Below are positions 8,395 through 19,628 of a stretch of 64,000 bases of DNA, piece by piece. Each line of letters starts with the position of its first letter. Positions within the stretch are counted from its first letter, which is position 1. The notes under the pieces are model-generated. The model was not told the origin of the DNA, ran no database searches, and was given only the letters and a program-made list of their open reading frames with translations. This stretch comes from Bacteroidia bacterium. GTDB taxonomy: Bacteria > Bacteroidota > Bacteroidia > M30B66. Location: NCBI GenBank assembly GCA_965279035.1, contig OZ257142.1:2880001-2944000 (forward strand), in the 5' to 3' direction. The translations under genes were made by a program, and so were the position numbers.

Positions 8395-11300
8395 ATGATG
8401 AAACAGTTCAACCTTCTCTGTTTTGCTTTCCTTTTAGGAGCTGCTCCGCTCGCTCAAGCGCAGCACTACGTAATTCCTCAAGGTCTTAAGTCGGATCAAT
8501 ATGTTTCCGGGCAAGTCCTTTTTAAACTTCGAGAACAATACCGTTCTTTAGCGAATGAACATGGAATTAACTCCGAGAAAATTGCTCATGTAATTAATCA
8601 ACTTGGAGGAAGTTCGCTTCATAAAAACTTTCCTGCCTCAAAACAACCGGGTAAGAAATTCAACGAAAATGGAGAACGTTTAGCAGATCTTTCTCTCATC
8701 TATGAGTTAAGATATACAAGCAATACTTCGATTTATCAAGCTGCTGCATTACTTCAAAAAACGGGATTAGTCGAATATGTTCAACCACGTTTTACAGCAC
8801 AACCCATGGCTGTTCCTAACGATCCGCTCGTTGCTCAACAATATCATCATGCCTTAATCAAAACATTCGAAGCCTGGGATATAGAACAAGGTGATTCTAC
8901 AATTCTTATTGGTATTACCGATGGAGGAATTCAGTTTGATCATGAAGATTTGGGGAATTGGCAATACAATTATGCTGAAATAGTAAATGGAATTGATGAT
9001 GACGGTAATGGTTACATTGATGACATAGCCGGTTGGAATACAGCCAACAATACAAACGATCCTACAGCTACACTTTCTCCTCACGGAATGTTTACAAGTG
9101 GAATGAGCAATGCTACTGCGAACAATGGTTTAGGACTTGCCGGAAATGCCAACCAATGCCGTTTTGTTCCTATCCGAATTGACGATGCCACTGGTTTTAA
9201 TTATGGTTATGAAGGAATTGTTTATGCCGCTGCCCGAGGTTGTCAAATAATTAATGCCAGTTGGGGTGGTACATTTCCAAATCCCGTAAATGCAGAAGCC
9301 ATTCTTTATGCAACGGTCAATCAAGGTGTATTAATTGTGGCTGCTTGCGGAAATTCAGGAATAGATGAAAAATACTATCCTGCATCATATGAAAATGTGA
9401 TGAGCGTTGGCGCAACAGGATCTACCGACCTAAAATGGAGCGGATCTACGTTTAATACTTCGGTTGATATTGTTGCTCCCGGTGAACTTGTTCAATCTTG
9501 CTGGCCTTTTAATGGTTACGATATTAGCAGCGGAACTTCATTTTCATCGCCTTTAGTTGCCGGTGCTGCGGCCATTGTGAAAAGTCATTTTCCTAGCTAT
9601 ACTGCTCAACAAGTTGCCGAACGTTTGCGCGTAACTGCCGACAATTCAATCTATTCACTTCCGGGAAATTCTGCTTGGAATGGATTAATGGGGTCGGGTC
9701 GATTGAATATGCTTCGTGCATTGACCGATCCAGCTACACCATCAGTTCATTTCACCAATCCAAACTATTTAGATGCTGGTGGTGATGCAATCTTACAAGC
9801 CAATGAAGATGTTACAATTACTGGTATTTATAAAAACTTCCTTTCTCCAACTACAAATCTCAATGCTACTATTTCGTGTAGTTCTCCCTATGTGACAATA
9901 ATCAATGGAAGTAATCATCCAGGTGCTATTGGAACATTAGCAACTGTGGCAAATAGTAGCAATCCTTTTAGTTTTCATATTGCAGCTAATGCACCGAATA
10001 ATCTCGATTTAATCTTTCGTATCGACTACACGGATGCAGGCTATACAGCATTTGAATACATCGAAGTTCGTGTCAATCTTGATTATTTGAATTTAGATGT
10101 GAATCATCTTCATACTACGATAACAAGTAGAGGAAGTATTGGCTACAACGCCGATTATGCAAGCGAAGGTTTAGGAGTAACACTCGATAGCAGTGCAAGT
10201 ATTATATATGCTTCTGGATTTATGTTGGGAAGCAGTGCATCCAAAGTGGCCGATAATGTTTATGCTTCTTCCATTCCAGGATATGACAATGATTTCTTTC
10301 GTCAAAATGGAGCCCGATACATTCAAAATACTACCAGTCAACAACAAATCCGTTCGACTTTTTATACCGATAGCGCCAGTGTAGGAAGATTGGTAGTAAA
10401 TCAAATGGCTGCAGCCCTTTCAGCATCGCCCGACGATCATGCAGTAATGATGATGTACACCATTAAAAACACAGGAAATTCAGCTGCGAATGGTTTAAGT
10501 GCTGGAATATTTACTGATTGGGATATTCAAAATGCTGGCAATAACCAAGGTGCTTGGGATGCAAGTAGGAATTTGAGTTATGCATTCGAACCCGGAGGAA
10601 TGTATGCAGGAGTTAAACTGTTAGAAGGTCCAGCATCACATGCCTATTGTTTTAATAGTGATGGTTCATCAGGTAGTATTAATTTATATGATGGATTTTC
10701 AGGGACAGAAAAATTTGCGACACTATCTGGTTCTCAAACTCGAAATTCTTCCCCAGCGGGTGATATTGCCAATCTGATTGGAACCAGCTCATTTAATTTA
10801 GCTGCAGGAGATTCTATTACGATTAAGTATGTCATGCTGATTGCTGAAGATTTGTCTCAATTGCAAGCAGCTGCCGATCGAGCACAGAGCCTTTACAATT
10901 ACCTTCAATTGCAAGTATCCGTTGAAGCTGTAGGAGAAAGTTGTTCCCAAAATGATGGCTATTTGAATCTAACTGCAGAAGCAATACCGGGAACTAGTGT
11001 TGAATTAAGCACTTCGGATGGTGTTTCAATAACAACATCAAGCGATTTAAGTAATTTTGAATATAGCGGGTTACCAGCAGGAGATTATCTACTCACCTAC
11101 TCTTTTGCAGATGGTTCAACGTATGATGAATCATTTACTATTGAAGCTTCAACTCCTGTAACTCTTACAACAAGTGCTTCTGCGGAAATTTTAGCATTAC
11201 CAAATTCCATTGTCGATTTCACCGCTTCAGCTAGTGGTGGTGCTCAATTCCTTTGGGATTTTAATGATGACTCCCCTACTTCAACAGAACAAAATCCTAC

Positions 11301-11655
11301 TCATGATTTCTTTGTTGCTGGAACATATCTCGTTACCTGTGTTGCTTTTAATGGATCATGTTCTGATACATCAACTATAGAAATTCTAATCGGCGATCCT
11401 CTTCGTATTGAAAATATTCATGGATTAACTTCCATTTTCCCTAATCCGGTGCATGATGTTTTAACTATTCAATTGCCTGAATTAAATGGAATAGTGAACA
11501 TTCAAATTTATTCAGTAAACGGACAAATCATTTCGCAACAAATAGCGAATCAAGGTTCTAATAAACTGGATGTTTCACAATTAAGCAATGGAATTTATCT
11601 ATTGAAAATATGCTCTGAAAAAGGCATAGAAACACATCGAATTGTTGTGAATTAA
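8395..11655 (+). CDS. S8 (subtilisin-like) serine peptidase with PKD domain and T9SS type A CTD
   Basis: Signal peptide from MMKQFNLL; triad ITDGG / HGMFTSG / GTSFSSP; WDFND..EQNPTH PKD; IFPNPV..LSNGIYLL CTD. Confidence 0.9.
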   Translation: MMKQFNLLCFAFLLGAAPLAQAQHYVIPQGLKSDQYVSGQVLFKLREQYRSLANEHGINSEKIAHVINQLGGSSLHKNFPASKQPGKKFNENGERLADLSLIYELRYTSNTSIYQAAALLQKTGLVEYVQPRFTAQPMAVPNDPLVAQQYHHALIKTFEAWDIEQGDSTILIGITDGGIQFDHEDLGNWQYNYAEIVNGIDDDGNGYIDDIAGWNTANNTNDPTATLSPHGMFTSGMSNATANNGLGLAGNANQCRFVPIRIDDATGFNYGYEGIVYAAARGCQIINASWGGTFPNPVNAEAILYATVNQGVLIVAACGNSGIDEKYYPASYENVMSVGATGSTDLKWSGSTFNTSVDIVAPGELVQSCWPFNGYDISSGTSFSSPLVAGAAAIVKSHFPSYTAQQVAERLRVTADNSIYSLPGNSAWNGLMGSGRLNMLRALTDPATPSVHFTNPNYLDAGGDAILQANEDVTITGIYKNFLSPTTNLNATISCSSPYVTIINGSNHPGAIGTLATVANSSNPFSFHIAANAPNNLDLIFRIDYTDAGYTAFEYIEVRVNLDYLNLDVNHLHTTITSRGSIGYNADYASEGLGVTLDSSASIIYASGFMLGSSASKVADNVYASSIPGYDNDFFRQNGARYIQNTTSQQQIRSTFYTDSASVGRLVVNQMAAALSASPDDHAVMMMYTIKNTGNSAANGLSAGIFTDWDIQNAGNNQGAWDASRNLSYAFEPGGMYAGVKLLEGPASHAYCFNSDGSSGSINLYDGFSGTEKFATLSGSQTRNSSPAGDIANLIGTSSFNLAAGDSITIKYVMLIAEDLSQLQAAADRAQSLYNYLQLQVSVEAVGESCSQNDGYLNLTAEAIPGTSVELSTSDGVSITTSSDLSNFEYSGLPAGDYLLTYSFADGSTYDESFTIEASTPVTLTTSASAEILALPNSIVDFTASASGGAQFLWDFNDDSPTSTEQNPTHDFFVAGTYLVTCVAFNGSCSDTSTIEILIGDPLRIENIHGLTSIFPNPVHDVLTIQLPELNGIVNIQIYSVNGQIISQQIANQGSNKLDVSQLSNGIYLLKICSEKGIETHRIVVN

Positions 11656-11677
11656 TTTGAATTTATTTCATCTATTC

Positions 11678-11713
11678 AAAAAAGCCTCGGATTTAAATTC
11701 GAGGCTTTTTTTT
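11678..11713 (+). terminator. Rho-independent terminator (possibly bidirectional)
   Basis: aaaaaagcctcg-gatttaaatt-cgaggctttttttt downstream of the S8 gene. Confidence 0.85.
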
Positions 11714-11805
11714 GAGTTAATTTCTGATTCCTTATTATTAAATTCAATCGTAATTCTTTTAAAATTAGAAATCAAAATTCATATTATTTTCAAATTAAAT
11801 CACAT

Positions 11806-11833
11806 AAAAAAACCCCAGAGAATTCTGAGGTTT
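11806..11833 (-). terminator. Rho-independent terminator for the minus-strand kinase
   Basis: Reverse complement reads aaacctcagaattctctggggttttttt. Confidence 0.7.
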
Positions 11834-11853
11834 AAGTTTTATTTAGGGGTGAT

Positions 11854-14064
11854 TTAAAGTGTTGGAAGTTGTATTTTAAAAATCGATCCAAGACCAAGAG
11901 TAGATTCAACTTCAATGGTTCCCTGCAATTTCTGAACAGCGTCTTTCACATTCGAAAGTCCTAGTCCATTGCTATCAGGACGATCACCTAATTTATAATA
12001 CGAATCAAAAATTCGACTATGATGTTCTGTTGAAATTCCAATTCCATTATCCTCCACTTGGATTTCTAACATTAACGGATATTCAATGCAAGCTACTTTA
12101 ACATAACATTCTGGTTTCGTTGGATCAGAATATTTGATTGCATTGGAAATTAAGTTACTTAATATAACACGTAAACGGGCTGGATCAGAACTCAACTGAA
12201 CTTCCTCTTCTATTTCATTTTGAAATAATATAGATTCAGCTCCAGGTGCAAATCGCAATTCATCAATCACATCTTGAACTTGCTGTTTTAAATTCACCTT
12301 GATCGTTACCACTTGTCCTCGGCTTCGAAGAGAAGCAATAATATCATTTGTAAATGTTTCGAGTTTTTTCAAACTCTTCTCCATCATATTGAGGTAATTG
12401 ACAAATTCAGCTGGATTTTTTTCATCACGTGCCAAGGTAATCAAGCCACTCACCGAATTCATAGGTGCTTTCAAATCGTGAGAAAGGATTTTTACCAATC
12501 GATCTAATTCCTTATTGTTATTTTCGATTTCAATAAACTGACCTCGGAATTTCTCATCGGCCATTTTACGTTCAGTAATGTTCATCATACTCACGCATGC
12601 ACCCAAAACATTAAGCTTTTCATCCGAAACTGGACTTAAACTTATGCTGTACCAATGCACCGATGTTGGAGAAAAGCGATAGGCCATTTCCCACTGCACC
12701 TGCTTATCGAGCATGGCTTCACCAAACTTTTTGCTAAAAACTTCGCGAATATCAGCTAGTAAATAATCCGTAAAAGGACTGTTCTCGCGAAGCTCCTCGC
12801 CCATCAATTGGATGTTTTGACGATTCGCAATCACATTATACGCCTTGATCCGCTGGTTATTATCTAGCAAAACAATGCTTTGATTGACATTATTGAAAAT
12901 GGAATTCAACATCGCCACCGTTTCTTTCTGCTTCTCGCTAAAGTAGCGGCTTTGAGTGATGTCTTTACAGACTCGAATTATTCCAATGATTTGACCATTT
13001 TCATCATATAAATGAGAAGCCTTGATGTCGGTCCAAACGATTTTATCATCTTTTGTAATTAAACGAGTTTCCCATTGAGAGATTCGTCCAGCAATTATTT
13101 CATGTTGTTCAACACGAACATTGAGTTTATCAACTTCAGCATACAATTGATCGAAATTTCGTCCAACAATCTCTTCTCTCGAATACCCAAAACTTAATTC
13201 CGCACCTTCGTTCCAGTAGGTAATAATTCCTTTTCGATCTGTAACAAATATGGTATCACGTACATTTTTAAGAACTCCCGCCTGAAAGAGCATTTCTTCC
13301 TGAACATGTCTTTTTTCGGTGATGTCATCTGCCAAAATCAAATAACAATCATGTCCATCAAGTTCGGTTTCTTGAACCCGACATTCAACAGTGATGATGG
13401 TCCCGTCTTTTTTTACATGATGAAATATTTCGGCACTACTATAATCTCCAAAACGCTCACGGATCATACGTTTAAGCGATTCAACTTCTTCGATTGGATG
13501 CAGATCGGTAACCTGCATATGTAAAAACTCTTCTTCCGAATAACCAAAATGATCAATTGCCGATTGGTTTACCTTTAATATACGTAATCCGTCTTTTTCA
13601 CGGATATACATTGGAATTGGATTATTTTCAAAAAGCAGTTTGTAAGAGGCTTGGCTTTGACGGATAAGTTCCATACTGGATTTCCGTTCTATACTATATA
13701 AGATGGATTTAGCTAGTAGTTTTTCTTCAAATTCCCCTTTCACCAAATAATCTTGAGCACCATTTTTTACTGCTTCGTGAGCAAATCGAGTATCGTTTAA
13801 TCCTGATAGAATTAGAATTGGAATGGAAGGATTAACGGCATTGAGTCGTTGAAAAGAATCAAAACCATAAGAATCAGGTAATGAAAGATCGAGCAGTATT
13901 ACATCTGGATCAGAAGCTTCAACCGAACTGATCGCATCCTGCAATGAAGTAACATGAATGATGTCTTTGGAGAAATCACGACTTTCATTCAACATCTGCT
14001 GAATAAGCAGAAAATCTCCTGTATTGTCTTCTACAATTAAAATCTGAAGTCGCTGTGTTTTCAT
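11854..14064 (-). CDS. Hybrid sensor histidine kinase REC-PAS-PAS-PAS-HisKA-HATPase
   Basis: ILIVEDN..LLDLSLPD..GAQDYLVK receiver; SHDLKAP H-box; NLISNAIKY, DNGIGI and GLGL boxes. Confidence 0.92.
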   Translation of the reverse strand: MKTQRLQILIVEDNTGDFLLIQQMLNESRDFSKDIIHVTSLQDAISSVEASDPDVILLDLSLPDSYGFDSFQRLNAVNPSIPILILSGLNDTRFAHEAVKNGAQDYLVKGEFEEKLLAKSILYSIERKSSMELIRQSQASYKLLFENNPIPMYIREKDGLRILKVNQSAIDHFGYSEEEFLHMQVTDLHPIEEVESLKRMIRERFGDYSSAEIFHHVKKDGTIITVECRVQETELDGHDCYLILADDITEKRHVQEEMLFQAGVLKNVRDTIFVTDRKGIITYWNEGAELSFGYSREEIVGRNFDQLYAEVDKLNVRVEQHEIIAGRISQWETRLITKDDKIVWTDIKASHLYDENGQIIGIIRVCKDITQSRYFSEKQKETVAMLNSIFNNVNQSIVLLDNNQRIKAYNVIANRQNIQLMGEELRENSPFTDYLLADIREVFSKKFGEAMLDKQVQWEMAYRFSPTSVHWYSISLSPVSDEKLNVLGACVSMMNITERKMADEKFRGQFIEIENNNKELDRLVKILSHDLKAPMNSVSGLITLARDEKNPAEFVNYLNMMEKSLKKLETFTNDIIASLRSRGQVVTIKVNLKQQVQDVIDELRFAPGAESILFQNEIEEEVQLSSDPARLRVILSNLISNAIKYSDPTKPECYVKVACIEYPLMLEIQVEDNGIGISTEHHSRIFDSYYKLGDRPDSNGLGLSNVKDAVQKLQGTIEVESTLGLGSIFKIQLPTL

Positions 14065-14080
14065 ATCATCCCGACTTTCC

Positions 14081-14110
14081 CAAACATAAAATCCTATTCA
14101 TATTCCCAAA
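14081..14110 (-). promoter_or_regulatory. Bacteroidota -33/-7 promoter for the hybrid kinase
   Basis: Minus strand TTTG (14107-14110), 18-nt spacer, TATGTTTG (14081-14088). Confidence 0.55.
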
Positions 14111-14362
14111 CATGAAGCTTGAAAAAATGAAAATGGATTTCGAGATTTTATTCTCCTTATGAATGTATCGATTTCTCATTCAATAAATAATAGTACTACG
14201 CCTAGAATCAGTATAAGGTTACATTGAATAAGACAGCCTAAATATAAGCTAATTAAAAATGAAAGAAAGTTCTCATTGATTGGCTAAAATAATTTTATAG
14301 TTGGAATTCTAAAAATATTTGTATTTTCATCGAATAATCATTTTCTGAAAGGAGGCAGACAA

Positions 14363-16888
14363 ATGATCACAAAGGCGATCAGCATTCATCAACAGTTGTT
14401 TGATCAGGGATATGCTCCCCGATGTTTAGTTTTGCTTGATGGTAGCTTTGTTCTTACCAATCAAGCATTTCGGAAACTATTCAAATTGAGTGGTTCTCAT
14501 CTTGAAATTAAAGACTTAAATCTATTTGACGTCATAGCAGAAGCTACAGGGGTTTATCGAGAAAAAATAGATAAAGAGCAATTTTTTCTTAGTGAAAGTA
14601 TAGAACCTATCGAAGGCAAGATTATTTTAATTCAAGATGATGGTAATAAAATAAAACTAGATTATATTCAAAGTAGAGTTGAATTGGACGATTTTCCAAT
14701 GCTCTCATTTGAATGGCAAGATGTCACCGAAAAAGTAGAATCTCGAAAGACATTAAGAAGTACTTATGAGCGACTTCAATTGGCTGCTTCCATCAGTAAT
14801 TTAGGAATTTGGGAATATGAATTTGATAATACTGAATGGTATTTAAATGAATGGATGTGCGCATTATTTAATATTCCAGCACATGGAAAAACAAACATAA
14901 CAGAAGATTTTCTTAAGAAAATTCATCCCTCTGATATCGAACGTTTAACTAAACATTGGAAAGATGTAAAAGAGAATGGAGGAAGCCTTGACATTGAATT
15001 TAGAGTAATCTTATCCGATTCAACAATCCATTATTTACATTGTATGGGACGTTGTCTATATGATACACGTCGTCAACCATGGAAATTTGTGGGCACGATG
15101 GCCGATATTACTGAAAGTAAAATAGAATCGGAGCAACTCATTTTAGATAGAAATCGGATGAGTTCATTAATCGATGCACAAAATTCTCTTCTTATACGAT
15201 TGAATAAAACAGGTGTTGTTACGTATAGCAACATTCGATTTAGAAATTATTTTGGTTTAGAAAATATGTGTTCTGATAGCATTTGGTTATCACCCTTTCT
15301 ACATTCCGATCAACGATTATTATTACAAAATGCATTAGATAAGTGCTTTCAAACACCCGGAAAATCTGAAATTCTACTCTTAAAACTAAAAAACTCCAAA
15401 GGAGAAAATGTTATCCAAGAATGGGAACTCGTAGGTATTGAAAATACAAAGGGGCAAACAGATGAAGTTCAGGGAATAGGACGAGATGTTACAGAGCAAA
15501 TGAATTTGAATGCTCGTATTCTTCAAACAAAAAGTAATCTTGAGTCACTTATTAATAATTTCAACAAAGTAAGTATCTGGTCGATAGATTTGAATTACAA
15601 TTTAACTACCTGTAATAATAATTTTAAAGAAGAACATTTCCAATATTATGGGAATAAACTTGATATTGGTGATAATATCATTGATGCTTTGAGTTCTATG
15701 CCTGAAGTGGCAAACTATTGGAAAGCCCAATATGAATTAGCGTTCAAAGGAAATCAATTCGAGTTGGAATTGGAGGTTGCTGGTAATTATTTTGAGGTGA
15801 GTTTTAACCCCATTTATTTATCGACTGAAATTATCGGTGTTGCCATTTATGGAATGGATATCACTGATTCGAAAAAAGCGGAACAAGAACTTAAATTAAG
15901 TCAAGAACGACTTCATTTTGCTATCGAAGGAAATCAATACGGAGTTTGGGATTATGATGTTGTAAATGACCATTTGTACTTGTCGGATTCGTGTCGAGCA
16001 ATGCTTGGATTAGATGAAAATGATGTAAAGCAAAATTTACTGGCATGGGCAGAAATAATTCATCCAGATGATTTAGATAAGGCAGTAAAAGTTCGAAGAG
16101 ATCTGCTATCAGGAGAAATAGAAGGCTTCCGAAGTGAAATTCGAATGAAACATAAAAATGGTGGGTATAAATGGATCATGGACAAAGGCAAAACCTATGA
16201 AAGAGATTCTGAAGGAAAGCCAACTCGCGTCATTGGTTTGTTTCTAGATATTTCTAAAATAAAGACCGATGAATCTAAACTAAAAGAGTATTTACAACGA
16301 CTTGAGAAATTTGCATATATCACATCTCATAATTTAAGATTACCTGTTGCCAATATTATTGGATTAGTTAATATGATTGATGAAAGCTCATATAAAACAA
16401 AAGAAGATGAAACAGTTATTCGTAAAATAAGAACTTCTGCTCAGCAAATTGATGAAGTAATTAAAGAAATGAATGATGCAATTTCATTTACTAATCAATC
16501 TGTTAGCAAGCCTCAATTAACTTCGTTGAAAAAAATATGGTTTATTGATGATGATGATATTAATAATTTATTGAGTGAGCGATTAATTGGTAAACACTTC
16601 CCTGATACTAAATGCCGTACATTTATTGATGCCGAAGAAGCCTTGAATGAACTTCAAAAAAACAGTACGTTGAAACCAGATGCCATCTTTCTTGATATCA
16701 ATATGCCGAGAATGAATGGATGGGAGTTTTTAGAAGAATTTGAAAAATTAAAACTCCCAATAAACGTGTATATGCTCACTTCTTCTATTGATCCAAGAGA
16801 TCAACAAAAAGCGCATACCTATTCTTTTGTAAAAGATTTTATTTCGAAACCACTGCGCGAAGAACGGCTCCGATTAATTGTAGAATAA
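14363..16888 (+). CDS. Multi-PAS protein with HisKA and C-terminal receiver, lacking the HATPase domain
   Basis: PAS_3 motifs (GIWEY..IHPSD, GVWDY..IHPDD); H-box SHNLRLP followed ~65 aa later by receiver IWFIDDD..FLDINMP..ISKPL. Confidence 0.85.
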   Translation: MITKAISIHQQLFDQGYAPRCLVLLDGSFVLTNQAFRKLFKLSGSHLEIKDLNLFDVIAEATGVYREKIDKEQFFLSESIEPIEGKIILIQDDGNKIKLDYIQSRVELDDFPMLSFEWQDVTEKVESRKTLRSTYERLQLAASISNLGIWEYEFDNTEWYLNEWMCALFNIPAHGKTNITEDFLKKIHPSDIERLTKHWKDVKENGGSLDIEFRVILSDSTIHYLHCMGRCLYDTRRQPWKFVGTMADITESKIESEQLILDRNRMSSLIDAQNSLLIRLNKTGVVTYSNIRFRNYFGLENMCSDSIWLSPFLHSDQRLLLQNALDKCFQTPGKSEILLLKLKNSKGENVIQEWELVGIENTKGQTDEVQGIGRDVTEQMNLNARILQTKSNLESLINNFNKVSIWSIDLNYNLTTCNNNFKEEHFQYYGNKLDIGDNIIDALSSMPEVANYWKAQYELAFKGNQFELELEVAGNYFEVSFNPIYLSTEIIGVAIYGMDITDSKKAEQELKLSQERLHFAIEGNQYGVWDYDVVNDHLYLSDSCRAMLGLDENDVKQNLLAWAEIIHPDDLDKAVKVRRDLLSGEIEGFRSEIRMKHKNGGYKWIMDKGKTYERDSEGKPTRVIGLFLDISKIKTDESKLKEYLQRLEKFAYITSHNLRLPVANIIGLVNMIDESSYKTKEDETVIRKIRTSAQQIDEVIKEMNDAISFTNQSVSKPQLTSLKKIWFIDDDDINNLLSERLIGKHFPDTKCRTFIDAEEALNELQKNSTLKPDAIFLDINMPRMNGWEFLEEFEKLKLPINVYMLTSSIDPRDQQKAHTYSFVKDFISKPLREERLRLIVE

Positions 16889-16889
16889 A

Positions 16890-19628
16890 TTAACGAGCAA
16901 CACTAAAATAAAACGTACTTCCAAAACCTGGTTTACTTTCCACCCATATTTGTCCGTTGTGTTTTTCTGCAATCTTTTTACATACGGCTAATCCAATCCC
17001 GGTTCCTGAATATTCGTTTCGATTGTGAAGCCGTTTGAATGGTAAATAGATTGTATCGAAAAATCGTGGATCAATACCAATTCCATTGTCCTTGAAACAA
17101 AATACATGGTGTGTTTCTGTTGATTCAGAACGAATATGAATTGTTGGTTTTGATTTATCTGTATACTTCAAAGCATTCGATAATAAATTATCGAAAATCT
17201 GCCCGATTAATGAAGCAATACCATGAATTTTAGGAAGTTTTTCTACAACAATTTCGGCATTTTTATCATGAATAACTTGCTGATATACAAGCAAAGTATC
17301 GTTCAGAATTTCTTCTGTATTCAATTCGATAAAATCTTCTTCGGTAGTTCCAATGCGCGAATAAGTAAGCAAATCCTGTATTAAACGCTTCATTCGAATA
17401 GCTCCATCAATGGCAAAATTGATATACTGTTCGGACTTTTCGTTTTTCTCAATATCAGTACTATTTAAAAGTAATTGCATAAAACTCGAAATCATCCGAA
17501 GTGGTTCCTGCAAATCATGAGAAACGATGTAGGCAAATTGCTCGAGTTCTTTATTAAATCCTTGTAATTGACGCGCTCTCGATTGCAAAGCATCATTCAA
17601 TCGAATGAGTGTTTCTTCACTTTCTTTTAAAGCCGTAATGTCTTGCATTGCACCTATCATTTTCAATGCAACTCCTTTTTCATTTCGAATAAATGTACCT
17701 CGATCAAGAATGAATTTATAGGTTCCGTCTGCGCAACGATAGCGATATTCATCACTCCAAAGTGTGACTGGTTGAAACAACACAGCATTCAAATTATTAT
17801 TTACGCGATCTACATCACTGGGGTGTAAAAAATTCCCCCAACCTTCAAATGAATTGTACGAGGATGTTTCTTGATGACCAAATAAACGTTGAAAATTTTC
17901 TCCCCATTCGATATGATCATGTTGAATATCCCATTCATAAATAACGTCTTTCGTTGCTCTTGAAATTAATTGGAAACGCTCATTATTTAATCTCAATTCT
18001 TCGTCATATTTCATACGAAGTGTAACATCTTTTGCCGCTCCATAAATAACTCCTTCTTCTGGATTATACGAAAGAGACCATTCCAACAACAATCGGTTAT
18101 TTCCCGAAATAAATGCAATTTCGAATCGAATTAATAATTCGACTTTCAAACGTTGAAAAAATTCTACAACAGAATCTAAATACGTTTCATCCACAAATTC
18201 AAAAAATGAATGTGAAGTAAGTTCCTCTACACTTAAACCAATAGTTTGTCGCAAATGCTTATTGGCTCTGTAAAATCGACCTGAAACATCCAGCACACAC
18301 AAGAAATCCGGAACGAGCTCAAAAACCTGATTGAAATCGTACGATAGTCGGCTGCTTTCAATATGAATTCCTATATGATTTGATAATACGCGAACCAGAT
18401 GTATTATTTCTGATTCATTCATATTATTTTCTTGTTCTGAGAAAAATGTTAGCAAGGCAACTGTTTGTCCACCAGAGTTTACCGGAACTGTAAATCCACT
18501 TTTAAGTCCTGCTTTATTTGCCCAATTCTTTCTTGGAAAATTAGCATCAAGAAATAAATTAGTAAACTGATTAGATAATGCATTCCCTTTATGCGTTTGT
18601 AGCGCATCGTTCTTTTGATTCGTTAATTCCAGCGTTGATGAAATTGCTAAAAAATCATTGTATTCATTACTTTCTGGATAATGCCAAGCAAAGAGTTTGC
18701 TTTTTTGATAGTGCTGATCAGGCAACCAACATTCGCCGCATTGCCATCCATAACGATTGCAAATGATACTCAACATTTGCTCTAAATTCGACCTTAAACC
18801 ATCTTTGTTATTGAAAATAGTTAAGATTTGCTCGAGTACCTTTTCATGACGAATGCGTAATACTTCATTTGTTGCCTGATATCCTATAAAATATACTCCT
18901 TGCACATTTCCATTGCTCATCATAGGCGTTACATTGAAGCGAAACCAATGAGGCGAACCTTCTTTTTGTATGATTCGAGCAGAAAACTGTTGAGGAATTC
19001 CTTGTTTCGCCGAATGAAAAGCTTCTTCGACCATATTCTCTTCCCCATCGAGAATTAGTGAGAATATATTATGCTGAAAGATTGATTGTTCCGAATGACC
19101 AGTTTCCCTTAAGAAGGCATCATTGACATACATAATTTGTTGATCAGGAGATAAACAAAACACCAAATCGATACTGTCGTCAAAAACTTTTCTTAGAAAA
19201 TCTTTATTTTCTTCAATCCCCTGATAAACGTTGTTTGGGGCTGTTTCTATTTGAGTCCAAACTTGATAAATTCGTTTGTCTTCTTTAAATGAATGAATGG
19301 AAAAATTGACCGTTCTTTTTTGATTATTATGAACATTAATTTCCAATTCAGTTTTAAGCGTAAGACCAGAAAGCAACGCCGATTTAAAGGTCGAAACTGA
19401 ACGTACAGATTCATTGAAATTAAAACAAAGCAAAGGATTAGAACCTACAATTTGTTTTCGTGGAATATTGGTTATTTTATGAAAGGTTTGATTTACATAA
19501 TCGATCTTCAACAAATAAGTAGAATCACCTTCCTCATAGCTTGAAATAATCACCATGGAAGAAGCATTTTCTACCGCTCCCATGAGGATACTTAAAGGCA
19601 ATTGTGCATCAATCGAAAAATCACTCAT
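16890..19628 (-). CDS. PAS/GAF sensor histidine kinase (phytochrome-type kinase core)
   Basis: PAS-PAS-GAF-PAS-PAS; ELEQFAYIVSHDLQEPLRMI, NLLSNALKY, DNGIGI, GTGIGLAVCKKI. Confidence 0.92.
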   Translation of the reverse strand: MSDFSIDAQLPLSILMGAVENASSMVIISSYEEGDSTYLLKIDYVNQTFHKITNIPRKQIVGSNPLLCFNFNESVRSVSTFKSALLSGLTLKTELEINVHNNQKRTVNFSIHSFKEDKRIYQVWTQIETAPNNVYQGIEENKDFLRKVFDDSIDLVFCLSPDQQIMYVNDAFLRETGHSEQSIFQHNIFSLILDGEENMVEEAFHSAKQGIPQQFSARIIQKEGSPHWFRFNVTPMMSNGNVQGVYFIGYQATNEVLRIRHEKVLEQILTIFNNKDGLRSNLEQMLSIICNRYGWQCGECWLPDQHYQKSKLFAWHYPESNEYNDFLAISSTLELTNQKNDALQTHKGNALSNQFTNLFLDANFPRKNWANKAGLKSGFTVPVNSGGQTVALLTFFSEQENNMNESEIIHLVRVLSNHIGIHIESSRLSYDFNQVFELVPDFLCVLDVSGRFYRANKHLRQTIGLSVEELTSHSFFEFVDETYLDSVVEFFQRLKVELLIRFEIAFISGNNRLLLEWSLSYNPEEGVIYGAAKDVTLRMKYDEELRLNNERFQLISRATKDVIYEWDIQHDHIEWGENFQRLFGHQETSSYNSFEGWGNFLHPSDVDRVNNNLNAVLFQPVTLWSDEYRYRCADGTYKFILDRGTFIRNEKGVALKMIGAMQDITALKESEETLIRLNDALQSRARQLQGFNKELEQFAYIVSHDLQEPLRMISSFMQLLLNSTDIEKNEKSEQYINFAIDGAIRMKRLIQDLLTYSRIGTTEEDFIELNTEEILNDTLLVYQQVIHDKNAEIVVEKLPKIHGIASLIGQIFDNLLSNALKYTDKSKPTIHIRSESTETHHVFCFKDNGIGIDPRFFDTIYLPFKRLHNRNEYSGTGIGLAVCKKIAEKHNGQIWVESKPGFGSTFYFSVAR

